DNA of 64,000 bases from Octopus sinensis (taxonomy: Eukaryota): assembly GCF_006345805.1 (NCBI RefSeq), contig NC_043000.1, forward strand, positions 84,940,001 to 85,004,000, in the 5' to 3' direction. The translations under genes and the position numbers were made by a program. The notes under the pieces were generated by a model that worked only from the letters and a program-made list of their open reading frames with translations, made no database searches and had not been told where the DNA came from. Shown here one piece after another: positions 12,002 through 24,930 of the stretch. Positions within the stretch are counted from its first letter, which is position 1; each line of letters opens with the position of its first letter.

Positions 12002-14129
12002 ATGGACGCATATCACATAGATTATTCTATGAAAAATATACCGATCCCATCAAAGGATTTTTACTCTAAGAAACTTCTGCAAAAAATTACTGATGTAATT
12101 AAGCGTATGAGATGGAAGGCTTTCTTTTTTGACACAGAAGCGAATACCAAGGAAAACATTTGCTATCGGATAAAATCCAAAAAATTCCCTCCTAGGATTA
12201 AAGGCTTGGAAGATTTCGAAGCGGACCTGCTGAAGATCATGAGCAAAATAAAGTTTCGTAAGTCTTTTAACAATTTCCAACATAAATTGAAATAAGATAT
12301 TGATCATATAAAAAGCTCCAAGAAAAAAGCACTTTTTTTGGATAAAACCAAGAACTTATACCTGGTAGATAACAGCAAATACACACAACTCTTACACAAC
12401 AGCATCATTAATAATTATACTAAGGCTAGGGCACAGACATATAACGAAATTAATAAAGAAGCTAGCGTCATCGCCGCTAAACTTAAATTAGATAAAAAAA
12501 ATAGAAACCCTCCCCCAAAAAGAGGCCTTTATTACTATTAAAGACCACAAAGAAAACTTCCTTTCCAACCCTAAATGTAGGCTTATCAACCCAGCCAAGT
12601 CAGAACTAGGGATTATTAGCAAAGAAATTTTAGATAAAATAAATACGAAAATTAAGACCGATACTAGGCTAGTGCAATGGTCCAATAGTATAGAAGTCGT
12701 AGACTGGTTTAAAGCTATTAAGAATAAGAAAAAAGCGAGGTTTACACAATTCGATATTGTTGATTTTTATGCCTCTATCTCTAAAGAACTGCTAGATAAA
12801 GCCCTAATCTTCGCTAGTGACTTCATAGAAATTAGTACCAATGATAAGGATATAATCTTCCATGCTAGAAAGACATTACTTTTCAGTGAGAATGCAAAGT
12901 GGGTAAAAAACACCGACACGGAGGGCGCTTTCGATGTGAGCATGGGTTCATATGATGGGGCAGGCATCTGTGATCTAATTGGACTCTTTCTCCTAGATAC
13001 CTTCGGTAAGACATTCCCTAACGTACATTTCGCCATCTACAAAGATGATGCCCTCGCCTTAACAGCTAATACAAATGGACCAGCACAAGATCGTTTTAGG
13101 AAGGATATTATCCAGTTAATGAAACACTTCGGACTTAGTATAACTATAGACACTAACCTGACGGTTGTCAATTTCTTAGACGTTTCCTTAGATCTTAATA
13201 ATAATATTTATAAGCCTTATAGGAAGCCCAATGATAGACTAAGTTATATTAATGTAGGTTCATGCCATCCCCCTATAGTATTCAAAAATTTAGTTAAAAA
13301 TATTAGTAAGAGGATTTCTAGCCTCTCATCTAATGAGGACATCTTCAATAGCGTTGCCCCAGTTTATAATAAAGCTTTAAAAGATAGTGGTTTTAGCGAA
13401 AAAATAAAATATACACCTATCACCAGCCCAACAATAAGGAAAAGGAATAATAGAAATAGGAAGGTCATCTGGTTTACGCCCCCTTACTCACCCGAGGTGG
13501 CCTTCAATATAGGTAAATATTTCCTAGCACTGATAGATAGACATTTTCCAGTTAACCATGCTTATAGGAAACTCTTCAATAGACACAATTTAAAAATTAG
13601 TTTTAGTTCAACTACCAATTTTAAAAACATAATCAATCATAACATACAAAAAACACAAGAAGAAAACAGCTGTTCATGCAGGAATAAAGAATTGTGCCCG
13701 CTAAATGGAGCTTGCATGTCCAAGACCATCATATATGAAGCTACCGTAAACTCTATAACCACTAAAGACACCGTTTCGACGAAGAAATACGTGGGCCTGA
13801 CAGAGGGTAATTTCAAGGCCAGGTTCAATAACCACACTTTGAGCTTTAGGCACTGGAACAAAAGAAAAGCGACACAATTATCCAATCATATTTGGTCTTT
13901 AAGAGATAGAGGTGTCGATTATAACATACAATGGAAGATTTTGGCCAGATGTAAGCCCTATACTAACGGCAGCGGAAGGTGCGGTTTATGCGACATGGAG
14001 AGATGGCTTATCTGGAAAAGCAGCTTAGACCCTACCACATGTCTAAATACAAGGACAGAGCTTTTCGGATCATGCCCACATGTGACTAAATTTCTGTTAC
14101 GTTTTTGGTCCCCTAAAGAAAACGGATAG
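12002..14129 (+). pseudogene. PLE polyprotein (RT + C-terminal GIY-YIG endonuclease), about 708 aa reconstructed, disrupted
   Basis: Motifs LDKT, KDHK..NPKCRLINP, QFDIVDFY, SMGSYDG, YKDD, FLDV, CxCx5C linker (CSCRNKELC), IIYEA...YVGLT, FKARF..H, CGLC..E, LN.R.E...CPH; in-frame TAA at 12293-12295; +1 frameshift in the A-run at 12494-12501. Confidence 0.9.
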
Positions 14130-14483
14130 AACATGCTTTCTGTGTTATGTCCCAAGAAGATTTTATATATTTTTATATATTTTTATATATTTTTATGTAT
14201 TTTTATATAATTTTTATGAAGAAAAATGCGAGCGATGTATAAGTACGCAGGCAAAGCAGAGTTATAACAGAGTAATTTCCCTTCATTTTTAACGGTATTT
14301 TTTCATAACGTTTTCAAATAGCCAGATAACCGAAGAGATGGTGTTGTGGATTTCCACTTCGGCATCTGAAACTCAGAGTTTTATCTTGACTACCGAGTAA
14401 TGTAACATATTGTATAGATAAATTTCCTCTATTTACATAATATTGAGGTCTCTTTCTTTCTTTTGTTATCTTACCGTTTTATC

Positions 14484-14486
<3 letters not shown>

Positions 14487-14516
<30 letters not shown>

Positions 14517-14665
14517 AGTCCGTGTACTTCATATATATATATGCATGCACACACACATACACACATAAACATATCCAAACAAATATACTTAGATACATAC
14601 ATGCATACATAGGAACGTTCGTACTACATACATACATACATATATGTGAGTATGCGTGTGTCTTT

Positions 14666-14725
<60 letters not shown>
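14487..14725. repeat. (TA)n, (TACA)n, (GT)n microsatellites
   Basis: Direct reading. Confidence 0.9.
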
Positions 14726-15269
14726 TGTGTCAAATGATAGCAAGTTTACATTCAATATGAAAATAGACCTGCTTTGTATGTACTTTATCATTTCATATAT
14801 GCCGATATATGTATATCTGTCTTTGTGTGTGAGTGTACGTACGTGCATGTATGTGTTTATATATGTGTATATATATGCATGATATGTATGCATGAGTTGA
14901 CACATAATGAAGGCGTTATCGGCTTCTATATGAGTGCGTGCGTGTGTGTGTGTGTGTGAGTGTGTGTGTGTTTGTAAGCATGTGTTTGTATGGATGTGTG
15001 AACGTGTGTGCGGGTGCTAAAAAAAGATGAATGGAGTCAGCCACGTTCATCCCCCACGGTGAAATGAAAAGCATCTAATGATTTGGGTGTTCTTGTGATG
15101 TGTTGCAGTTAAAGGTAAACAGATGAGGGTAGAAGCCAGAGGTAAAAAAAAGGAGTAACACGTGCCACAGGCAACACTTCCAGTACTACTTTTTATATAT
15201 GGAGGTCGCGTGTGCCTGTGTATGTACTTGTGTGTATGTGTGTGTATAGAGATAGATGCATATATATAG

Positions 15270-15390
15270 ATATATGTATGCATGCATGTATGTATGTATG
15301 TATGTATGTATGTATGTATGTATGTATGTATGTATGTATGTATGTATGTATGTATGTATGTATGTATGTATGTATGTATGCATGTATGTA
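15270..15390. repeat. (TATG)n microsatellite
   Basis: Direct reading. Confidence 0.97.
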
Positions 15391-15660
15391 TGGAACAGCA
15401 TTGAAACAGAAGGGGAAAGAGACAAATATCTATTATGTGCATTATATACACACTCGTGCATACGAATGTGTGTGTGTGTGTGTGTGTGTGTGTGAGTGAG
15501 TGTGTGTGTTTGTGTGAGTGTGTGTGTGTAGAAGGTTGAAAAGGAACACACGAGTTGATATGTATAAGGAAAAAAGACAAGGTAAAAAAATGCTAAACTA
15601 ATTTTATCATGAAGAACATTTAAGTTCCGGTTTCATACTTTGCGACTTTTTCAACTTAGA

Positions 15661-15909
15661 GTAAAGCATGAAAAACAAATAAATTGTGGAAAAATTAAAT
15701 TAAATGTTTTTAAAAATATTTCCATAGCTTTCAAATGTAAGGGACATTTACCTTATTTCTGTCGCTGCCTCTTCTTTTCTAATGTTGTTAAAAAAGACAC
15801 AGATAGACAGGAAAAAGGAAACTGTCCCTTGCATTTGAAAGCTATGGAAATATTTTTAAAAGACATTTCATTTAATTTTTCTACAGTTTGATTGTTTTTC
15901 ATGCTTTAC
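15661..15909. repeat. Inverted repeat, arms about 86 bp (15661-15746 / 15823-15909)
   Basis: GTAAAGCATGAAAAACAA...GGGACA versus TGTCCC...TTTTTCATGCTTTAC. Confidence 0.85.
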
Positions 15910-16059
15910 ATACATATATAGGCTCGAAACGTCAAAGAATCATCCATTTTTCTTGAGCATCAAACTAATACACATTGCAGTTATACATACATACATACAT
16001 ACATACATACATACATACATACATACATACATAAACACACATACATATAAACATACATA

Positions 16060-16157
<98 letters not shown>

Positions 16158-16827
16158 GTATAATGTTATGTTGTATTATATATTACATATCATATATGAT
16201 ATATGTATGCATATATATATACACGCACACATACACATAATTTTATACATACATATTTTATATATACATAAATACATACATATATATATACTACATATGC
16301 ATATATATTATATACAGAGTTGGCTAAAATCACCTGACAGTAAATCAAAACCATTTAATTCCAAGATTTATTTATGTTTAACAACTGAATGAATTTAATA
16401 AAAGCATCTAAATATGAAACATCATGAAAATTGTTCAAACTGAAGTCCTTCTTGAGCGACGCATTTTTCCATTCGAGTCAATACAGAATTACAGATAGTG
16501 TTGATGGAATTGTGATTTACTGGCTGGTGAGTTCTGGCCAACCCTGTATATATTTATATTAAATATTATATATATGTATATATATTTTACACATGGGCGT
16601 GTGTTTCTATATATGTGTGTGCGCGCGCGTGTGTGTGTGTGTGTGTGTGCATGCATGTATGTATTAAATAGTCGGATGCAAGCTAGCAACCCGAAATTTC
16701 GAAGTCCCCGTCATCACACTTCATGTAAATGTATAATAGCTCTGTGGTTTACAAAAAGTATTGAGTAATCTTACAGTTTAATGTAAAGTCGTTTATGTTA
16801 TAACTTGACATAAAAACAAACATTAAT

Positions 16828-16880
<53 letters not shown>

Positions 16881-16886
<6 letters not shown>

Positions 16887-17873
16887 AAAAAGGGACAGGC
16901 AACAGGTTGCTTGACCGCATACCGAAAAAATAGAAATAGCAGTCAAGAATGCTTATTTCTATCAAAGTTGGACTCCGGGCACGACAAACCCTGTAATTCA
17001 CATATGCAAAACAGAAGGAATAGATAACGAAAACGAAGTCTGGTGGTTATCTGTGAACATCATGTTTCTGGATTATAAACATATTGAATATATATTTCAT
17101 ATATATATACTGAACTTTACAGAAGTTCCTGCCGGTAATCGGCTATATTTACATACCGAATTCTACCAGTAAATAATTGGGGTTTTTTTAAAAGCCTTTA
17201 TAGAAATTATTTACTCTTATTATTATATTACTATTTGGATTTTTCACTCCCTTATGACAACCCAATAGTTCCTAATCCTATGGAACTATTTTTGTAGTGC
17301 GCATGGCAAAATTTTGGAGGGAAGATTTACGAATTCAAACGTCTATGTAGGTTTAGCCTTTGCTCACTTTCTTCAAATATTTTGATGTCGCATGGTCAGA
17401 AGGTTTGAGGTACGTAGCATTTGATAAATCTATGATAAATCTTTTTCAATGGAAAGCTGTGCTGAAGAAGGATGTGAAATATATATGCAATGTATATGAA
17501 ATATATATCAAAAATATATATGAAATATATATTCAATATGTTTATAATCCAGAAACATGATGTTCACAGATAACCACCAGACTTCGTTTTCGTTATCTAT
17601 TCCTTCTGTTTTGCATATGTGAATTACAGGGTTTGTCGTGCCCGGAGTCCAACTTTGATAGAAATAAGCATTCTTGACTGCTATTTCTATTTTTTCGGTA
17701 TGCGGTCAAGCAACCTGTTGCCTGTCCCTTTTTCTTATATACAATATATATACTGAACTTTACAGAAGTTCCTGCCGGTAATCGGCTATATTTACATACC
17801 GAATTCTACCAGTAAATAATTGGGGTTTTTTTAAAAGCCTTTATAGAAATTATTTACTCTTATTATTATATTA
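16881..17873 (+). mobile_element. About 1-kb non-coding element with inverted + direct repeat architecture in (TA)n
   Basis: 16881-17106 is the reverse complement of 17514-17741; 17101-17230 is a direct copy of 17744-17873; (TA)n on both flanks. Confidence 0.85.
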
Positions 17874-19115
17874 TATATATATATATTAATCAAAATAAAA
17901 GCATGATGCCAAGGATTCAGCGGTACATATGTTTCGGGCCTTTATTAGACGGATTTATAACAATGCATAATGTGTGTCTATGGCCTTCTTCAGCCGCGCA
18001 CAATTACTACCTCAAGGACATGTATTACATCAAAAATTCTACGTTGGGGATGCAAATCCTCTCATTCGCGTACGACATAATGCGGCAACAGCACAAAAAT
18101 GAAGCGTCGATCTCGTCCTTCTCTCAATGTAGAATGAGGAAGTTTGGATGTTGAGGTAATATAAATAAATGAATAAATAAATATATACATATATAAATAC
18201 AGACAGACGTGAAGGAACCTGGTAATAAGAGTAAATAAGGATAAAGATGGAGGGGCGAGAATTCAGGACGAAGGATAAAAAAATATAAAAATGTGAAAGA
18301 TAAAAGAATATAAGTATAGAAATATAAAAATATAAAGTATAAAGATATAAAGAGATATAAAAAAGTATAAATGAATATAAAGATATAAAGTTATAAAAAA
18401 ATATTAAAAATTATCAGAAATATAAAGGATATAAGAATATAGAAATGTAAAAGAATATAAGGATAAGGGATATAAAGTTGGCATAATTAAATCTCAGAAT
18501 GAGATTGAAACAGTAATCGCTCAATAATGTAAAGTATAGAAGCCATCTTATCATGGCTAACCACATTGGGGAGGGGGTTGTTACTGTAGCTTTATAGCCC
18601 CAAGAGATCTTCATCTCTAGCTGGCTCTAAACACAATATCTGTGTCTTTGGAGTATTTGCAAAGGGAGGCCATCCCTTCCTCGCAAGCCTGAGTGATACG
18701 CTCCAACTAGATTCGGGATGGTTGTCCCTCGTCAACGGGCGGTAACCACCAGGTAGCGATGAAATTTTCTTTATTATGATCAATAGATCTAACATAGAAT
18801 GGATACATTACAGGACAAAACAGTTACAAAAATGCTATGCGAGTTCGAATGAAATTTAAAAAATTACAAAATTAAAATTTTATGTCACTTGAACGAAAAC
18901 TTGGCTTACTTTGCCTTGAAACGAAACCTTGGCTTACTTTTGCCTTTATCACGAGAACTTTTAGTGCGTATGTTTTCTTTTCATTTCTGTTTTTTTATTA
19001 TTAATTCTTTATTTTAAACAGTTATGTACAGTGAAAGGTAATGGGAGGTACCAGTTTCAATTTTGAACCCGGCAGCCTATAAATCCCAGCAGCCGATCCC
19101 TCCTTTCCTCGATGA

Positions 19116-22100
19116 TTAAGCTGGGCTACTCTCACCCACCTTTCTCATCACATCCTTCCAACGTTCCATATACTCTTTCTGTGGCAGGCTCCTCTTCTCC
19201 AACCCCATCTTGCTCTTCAGATGATATCCGAAGTATTTTAACAAACCGGGGCCAGAGATAAAGGACCCTTTCACTAGACCTTCCACTCTAGTTCTCCATA
19301 CACACTCTTTCAATACTGCCACCGTACAGTAAAAACAAGCCTTACCTTCCTTTGAGAGTCCAGTTGGCGGTATCATCTTAATCATAGATCCAGCCGACAG
19401 CTGTACTCGTCCCAGATGCGACAACACGTGTTCCACGTAACTTATCAAGCCTGACAGCTCCCGACATTGTACAAAAGCGTGTTGAACGGTTTCATCGTCC
19501 AACCACATCTTGGACACGTCGGTGGCACTGACATTCCGTGCCTGGATAACTTCTCGCGAACAGGTAATGCATTCCTATAGCACTGCCAGGTCAGGGATTT
19601 TTGGTAATTATCCAAATACCCCGGCCTGAAAGTCTTCTTAAACAGGTTGGAGAGTTGATCCTCATCGAACCCCAGAGCCCTTCCTAGGACGTCGTCATTT
19701 TTTCCTCCTACCAGCCCTTATAGAATACCGAGGTGGTATTCCCGCTGCCGGCCTTACCCATCTTGTGGATCAGCCAGAGTGCCTGTCGGCACTCCTTCTG
19801 CCATGAAGTCAGTTTACGTCCTTTAATGAGACCGGGTGTAAATCCCTCCATAGAGGCCGGTCGCGGGAAGAATTCCTCTGCCAGCGAACTCCACACCTTA
19901 TCATCCTCCAGGTAACACCAGAGGTGTCTCAGCCTCAACGCATGCTTGCGCATCATTAGCCAAGGCATCCCCAGTCCACCCTTTAGCGGTTCCTGGCAAC
20001 ACACGGAGCGTCTCACAAGTGGCTTTCCTCCTTTCCACAAAAAGCGGAAAAGAAGTCGTTCCAACTTGTTTAACCACGAATCGGGGCAAGGCACGACGGT
20101 CAGGCGGTAGGTGACGACAGAGGCTATAAACATCTGTGCCACCTCCGCCCTCCCTTTCAAGGAAAGATGCCTTCCGGACCACTTCCGTACTATGGCATCC
20201 ACCTTGCTCGTTACCTCGCTCCAATTCTTCTCCGTCTGGGAGTCTGGACCAAACCATACTCCGAGCAATTTAACAGGACCATCCGTCCAGTGTCCAACAA
20301 CACTGGACGGTATCTGCTTGTTCCTCCAGGTGCCGAGGCGCAAACCGATGGACTTGTCCCTGTTAACTTTTGCCCCTGCCACCGCTTCGTATCTATGGAG
20401 AGCACCTACTACCCGAGGTAGCTGTGTTCCGTTGGACACGATGAGGGTGACGTCATCCGCATAGGCAGAAACAGACTTACCGCATCCGATTTCATTAGGG
20501 TTGCCTCCCAACTTCTCCAGCTTCCGCAGCAATGGCTCAAGAGCCAAAACATACAGGAGCGGGGACAAGGGGCACCCTTGTCGAACTGAACGCTTGATCG
20601 AAAACGGCTCCGTTAGGTAACCGTTTATCTGGACTGTGGACTTGATGCCGCTGTACATAGCTGAGATCCACCCGCAGAAGCCAGGGCCCAGCCCAGCCGC
20701 TTCGAGAACCGCCGCCAAGTACCGATGGTCCACCCTATCAAACGCTTTACTTTGGTCTAAATGGACCAATGCCCCTCCTTTGCCGTCTAATTTCCCGACC
20801 CTATCTATAGTGTAGCGGAGAAGGTGAAGATTATCCTGGATCGACCTGCCTGGGATTGCACATGTCTGTGCCTTCCCGACAAGTTTCTTCACGACAGCCG
20901 TCAACCTTTTTGCTAACACCTTGGCCAAAATCTTAAACTCTACATTAAGTAGAGTTATGGGCCTGTAATTACTAATACTGTCCCCCTTGCTCGGGTCTTT
21001 CTGGACCAGCGTCACAACTCCCCGACTCACAGAGCTGGGAATCCTCCCATTCTGTTGCCAGTTTGCATAGACGCTTGCCAGTATGTCCCCGAACAAGTCC
21101 GGCATACAACAATAAAATTCATAGGGTAGACCATCCAATCCCGGTGACTTTTCCCCGGCGCACTCGGCCATAGCCCCTCTTACCTCTGCGGGAGAGATCG
21201 ATCCTTCACAGCACTCCGCCTCACCTGCCGAGAGCCGAGGCCCACCAGCTAGGAAGTCCTTTAAGGTCTCCCCACGCTCGAGCGGGCCACCGCCCCCAAA
21301 CAGCCGTGCGAAATGCTGGTGAAGGACCTTCTGCATCTCCTCCTGTCCATAGATCTTGCGGTCCTGCTCGTCAGTTAAGGACATAATACAGGACTTTTTG
21401 CCCTTCTGACTCTCCTCACGACGGGCCCATCCGGCAACGTTAATACCTTCTCGTTTTCCTGCACGTAACTTAGCTCTGACTCTACACCCCTCGTGCTTGG
21501 CGTTGAGGTGACGGTACAATACCGCTCTCGCTGCCAACACTCCGGATGCACAGCCAGATTCCATAGCCTCGTCTAAGTTCTTAACTAATTCGCCCTCTAT
21601 TCTAGTCCTATCTAAACTTAGCTGCTTGCTAAATCTAATGGACTCCAAACGGATGGCTCTTTTGAGGGCGAGCCACCATCTATTATTAATGATGGTGCCA
21701 CATAATGCCCTCTGTACTAATTCCTTAATCCGGGTACGGAAAGCTTCACAGGTCAAAATAGACTTGTTCATCTTCCAGTACCCGGGACCTTGTCTATGGC
21801 ATTTATCTACATGTACCTCACACGTTACAAGTTTGTGATCCGTGTAAGGCACAACAGAGAATTGTGGACAGCTAACACTATTCCTATCTCGTTCCTTAAC
21901 AAATACTCTATCTATGTACGATCTGAGTGAGCCGTCGTTATTACTCCACGTCCACTGTGGAACGTTCGGCTCATCCAGTCGAAAACGGTCTACTAGATTA
22001 AAGCTCGCTAGTAGAGCCTTGAGGCCAGGATTCCCCTTCCTATCGCTCGAGCCTACACCATCCACCCGCGCATCGAGAATGGTGTTGAAATCCCCTACCA

Positions 22101-22503
22101 AGACTACCGTTTTGGACGTCACTAGAAAGTGCTCCAGTTCCCGATAAAAACCGGTCTGCCCACGTCCGTTAGGAGCGTAGACAGCCACCAACCTGAAGGA
22201 CTGCTTACTCACGTGCGTCACATCTAGGACAACCAGCCTACCTTCTGGGTCCAAAAAGACAGTACTTACCTGTAAGTCCAAGTTCTTCCTGAAAAGAACT
22301 GCCACGCCTGCACCTCCCCCTCGGCTAGGAGAAATAAATTTCTCGTAACCATTGAGAAGTGGTGAGAACGCTTGGGGTCCCTTCATCTTGGACTCGGTAA
22401 CAATAGCTACTTCGATTCTATGTGAAATGAGGTCGTCACGAAAACAAGCCTGTTTCCATTTCGATCCCATTCCACGCACATTTATACAACCTAACTTAAT
22501 CAT
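19116..22503 (-). pseudogene. LINE ORF2: AP-endonuclease + reverse transcriptase + C-terminal CCHC; two 1-bp frameshifts
   Basis: INVRGM, VYAPN, VGDFN, IDRVF, TDH, PGYWKMN, KSPGLDG, YRPITLLN, LDQSKAFDRV, VRQGCPLSP, AYADD; CPRC...ETVQHAFVQC restored across frameshifts near 19712 and 19500. Confidence 0.93.
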
Positions 22504-22526
22504 CGAGAAAAAAGAAAATTATTTAC

Positions 22527-24048
22527 TCACGGTTGCGAGAGGGAGCCTGACAGATTCTTTCTGCCTGTCTCCCCCCCACTCGCCGTTGCTGTTGGGTGTT
22601 TCACCGGCGTTGCCACCGGGCTCTGGGTTGGTGTGGCTGCCGGGCTAACGGGTAATTTCCCAGTTGTCACCTCCTGGGTGACATCCTTAATGAAGCCGGC
22701 TTTTACGTGGCTTTGTAAGGTTTTGTCTTTCCATCCTTCTTCGCCGACCCTTCCATATCGCCACTCCGCTTCCTTCTCGGTCGCTTTGTAGCACCTGATC
22801 AGCGTACTTGCTTTCACCCATGTTTCTACTCTCACGTTCTTTGTGGTGTATGCAATAATTTTTTCGTTGGGTTTAAACCCTTTTACAGTTGGGGGGTGGG
22901 GTTTGTTAAAGTGCTGGCCTATAAGTGTAGTACCGCCGGGGTGGGATTGGAGAATATTTTTAATTTGTTCGTCTGCGTTGTTTTTTTTTTTGATACGGGT
23001 GGGGAGTCAGGGGTGATGGATTTTTTCCTTTTGTTGGACACGTTCGTAAATTCCATGTCTTCTTGTTTATTTGTTTTGTTGCATTATTTTCCTCATCCTT
23101 TCCTTTCTCATTTTGCATTTCGTTCTTGTCTTCCTCCTTTTTGGAGTTCGACCTGTTTATTTTTTCCTCCTTGTTTTCGCCAGCCGTTACTTTTTTCTCC
23201 ACTTTGCTGCTTTCTGCGTTCTTCACAGCGTTTTGTGGGGGGGCGTTGCCCGCATTATTTTTTTTTGTGCAAACGGAGCGAACGTGGCCCTTTTGCCCGC
23301 ACTTAAAACATCTGGGCCTGCGTCCTTCCACCGAAACTCGTATGGAGTGCCCCTCCCCCACGAAGACTCTGTCTGGTAGGCTTTCCAACGTCGCATTTTC
23401 CGCCTGGATTATCATCTCCAGCTGCTGGCCTCTCCAGTGTTTTGCAATTTTTCTCTTCATACTTAAAATTGTCAATTTTGATTCAACATCAAAAATGACC
23501 GCTGTTGCCGCCCACATCACGTCGTAGCCCCTTGGTATATCTTCTAGGGTCACTTTTGCGGTTCTGCATCCTAAATATAAGGGTAGCAGTATTATACTCT
23601 CGTTTTTCAACGTTTGTGTCGAAATTTGCCTTGCTACTTCCGCCGTTTCAAAATGCGCCTCCACTGTAGCGCTTCTTGCACCTCGGTTGACATGACTAAC
23701 TTTACTCCATATTGGAGCCATACACTTTTCGACCATTTCGTTTTTCACGTCGTCGATCATTCGTTTTTCCTTGATATTGTACACCCTGTAGGTGACCATT
23801 TTTTCCTTTATTGCTTGTATAGTTTCGGGGGGCGGTACCAATCGTGTTTCTTCGCCACTTTTTTGCACCAGCGATCTAAACTTGAATAATCTTTCCATTG
23901 ATACCTCCATTTCTTCGACTTCGCCACCTACGGCGTCTGAAAAACTGGGTTTTGTCTGTGTTTCCTTTTGTTTAACAGTTGTTATACTTTCTCCCATCTC
24001 GGGAAAGTCTTTTTTTGAACTTAAGTCTAATTCCATATTAGACAACAC
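22527..24048 (-). pseudogene. LINE ORF1 (gag-like, zinc knuckle); frameshift near 23060
   Basis: CFKCGQKGHVRSVC CX2CX4HX4C knuckle; an alternative frame continues open to 22527, just upstream of ORF2. Confidence 0.85.
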
Positions 24049-24844
24049 AAACTTGTCACAAATGACAAGAGAATTTTTTTTTTTTCCAAAAATAACCTAT
24101 ACAGGTTAAGAGTTCACACAAAACAGCACACAGAAATTTTCTACCCCGAAGGGCGAAAATTACTGGGTCAAAAACAGTTCAACAATGATATTACTTGTAA
24201 CACGACAGAGTAGACAAACGGAAACGAACTCACACAACGATTTGCAGCAACAGAAAAATATTGGTATACGCCGAGGAAAAATTCAAAAAACACCAGGTAG
24301 CGATGAAAGTGAAGGCTCCTTTGCAAATAGATATAAGTTTTTCTAATGGCGTCTGCCACTGATGTCGAAAAACGAACAGTAAGCATAATTAAATCTCAGA
24401 ATGAGATTGAAACAGTAATCGCTCGATAATGTAAAGTATAGAAGCCATCTTATCATGGCTAACCACATTGGGGGGGGGGGGTTACTGTAGCTTTATAGCC
24501 CCAAATAAAGTTGTTACGGACCAACATGGTGGTCAGGAAAATGACATATTCTAGTTGTAGAAGCCGTGGGTGTCATAAATCAACCTAGTGTATTGTAAAT
24601 TAGAGTTGTCTGGTTAAACCGCTTATCTGGTTCCTCGTTACGTGTCAAGTGGTCAGCATGTACATACGTACACGCATGGATACATACACACATATACACG
24701 CGTACATATACGCACGCATACACAACCACACGCATACAAGCATACATACGTACTCTCGTGTAAACATATACAGATATATACCACCTACACCACCAAACGG
24801 TATATACAGGTGCTTACAATTATCAAGTACTCACCCTGAATTTC

Positions 24845-24859
24845 TATATATATATATAT

Positions 24860-24929
<70 letters not shown>

Positions 24930-24930
24930 T
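24845..24930. repeat. (TA)/(GATA)n microsatellite
   Basis: Direct reading. Confidence 0.95.

Larger units (their letters stand above)
10400..14486 (+). mobile_element. Penelope-like retroelement, Naiad-type: inverted segment (10400-10701) + 3' partial copy (10701-11896) + full unit (11897-14486), in (TA)n
   Basis: 10701-11896 is near-identical to 13291-14486 (offset 2590, a few substitutions); 10400-10701 is the reverse complement of part of the 3' UTR; (TA)n at both ends; RT and GIY-YIG-type motifs in the ORF. Confidence 0.93.
18765..24290 (-). mobile_element. Full-length Tx1/L1-clade non-LTR retrotransposon (5.5 kb)
   Basis: 18-bp TSD CACCAGGTAGCGATGAAA (18747-18764, 24291-24308); ORF1 and ORF2 present; 3' end ...ATAATAAAGAAAA. 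Confidence 0.95.
18481..24504 (-). mobile_element. 480-bp direct-repeat (retrozyme-like) element interrupted by a LINE
   Basis: Direct repeats 18481-18603 / 24383-24504; 9-bp TSD ATAAAGTTG at 18472-18480 and 24505-24513; degenerate hammerhead on minus strand at 18699-18742. Confidence 0.75.

Noticed and set aside
12002-14129. Selenoprotein (UGA recoding) as reported for some Naiad PLEs
   Set aside because: The in-frame stop is TAA, not TGA, and the Cys motifs use TGT/TGC; better explained as a CAA-to-TAA nonsense mutation.
11047-14155. Antisense ORFs within the PLE and LINEs
   Set aside because: Shadow frames of the real retroelement ORFs; no motifs.
18481-24504. LTR retrotransposon or TRIM interpretation of the terminal direct repeats
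   Set aside because: No TG...CA ends, no obvious PBS/PPT, the TSD is 9 bp, and the coding interior belongs to a separate LINE with its own TSD.
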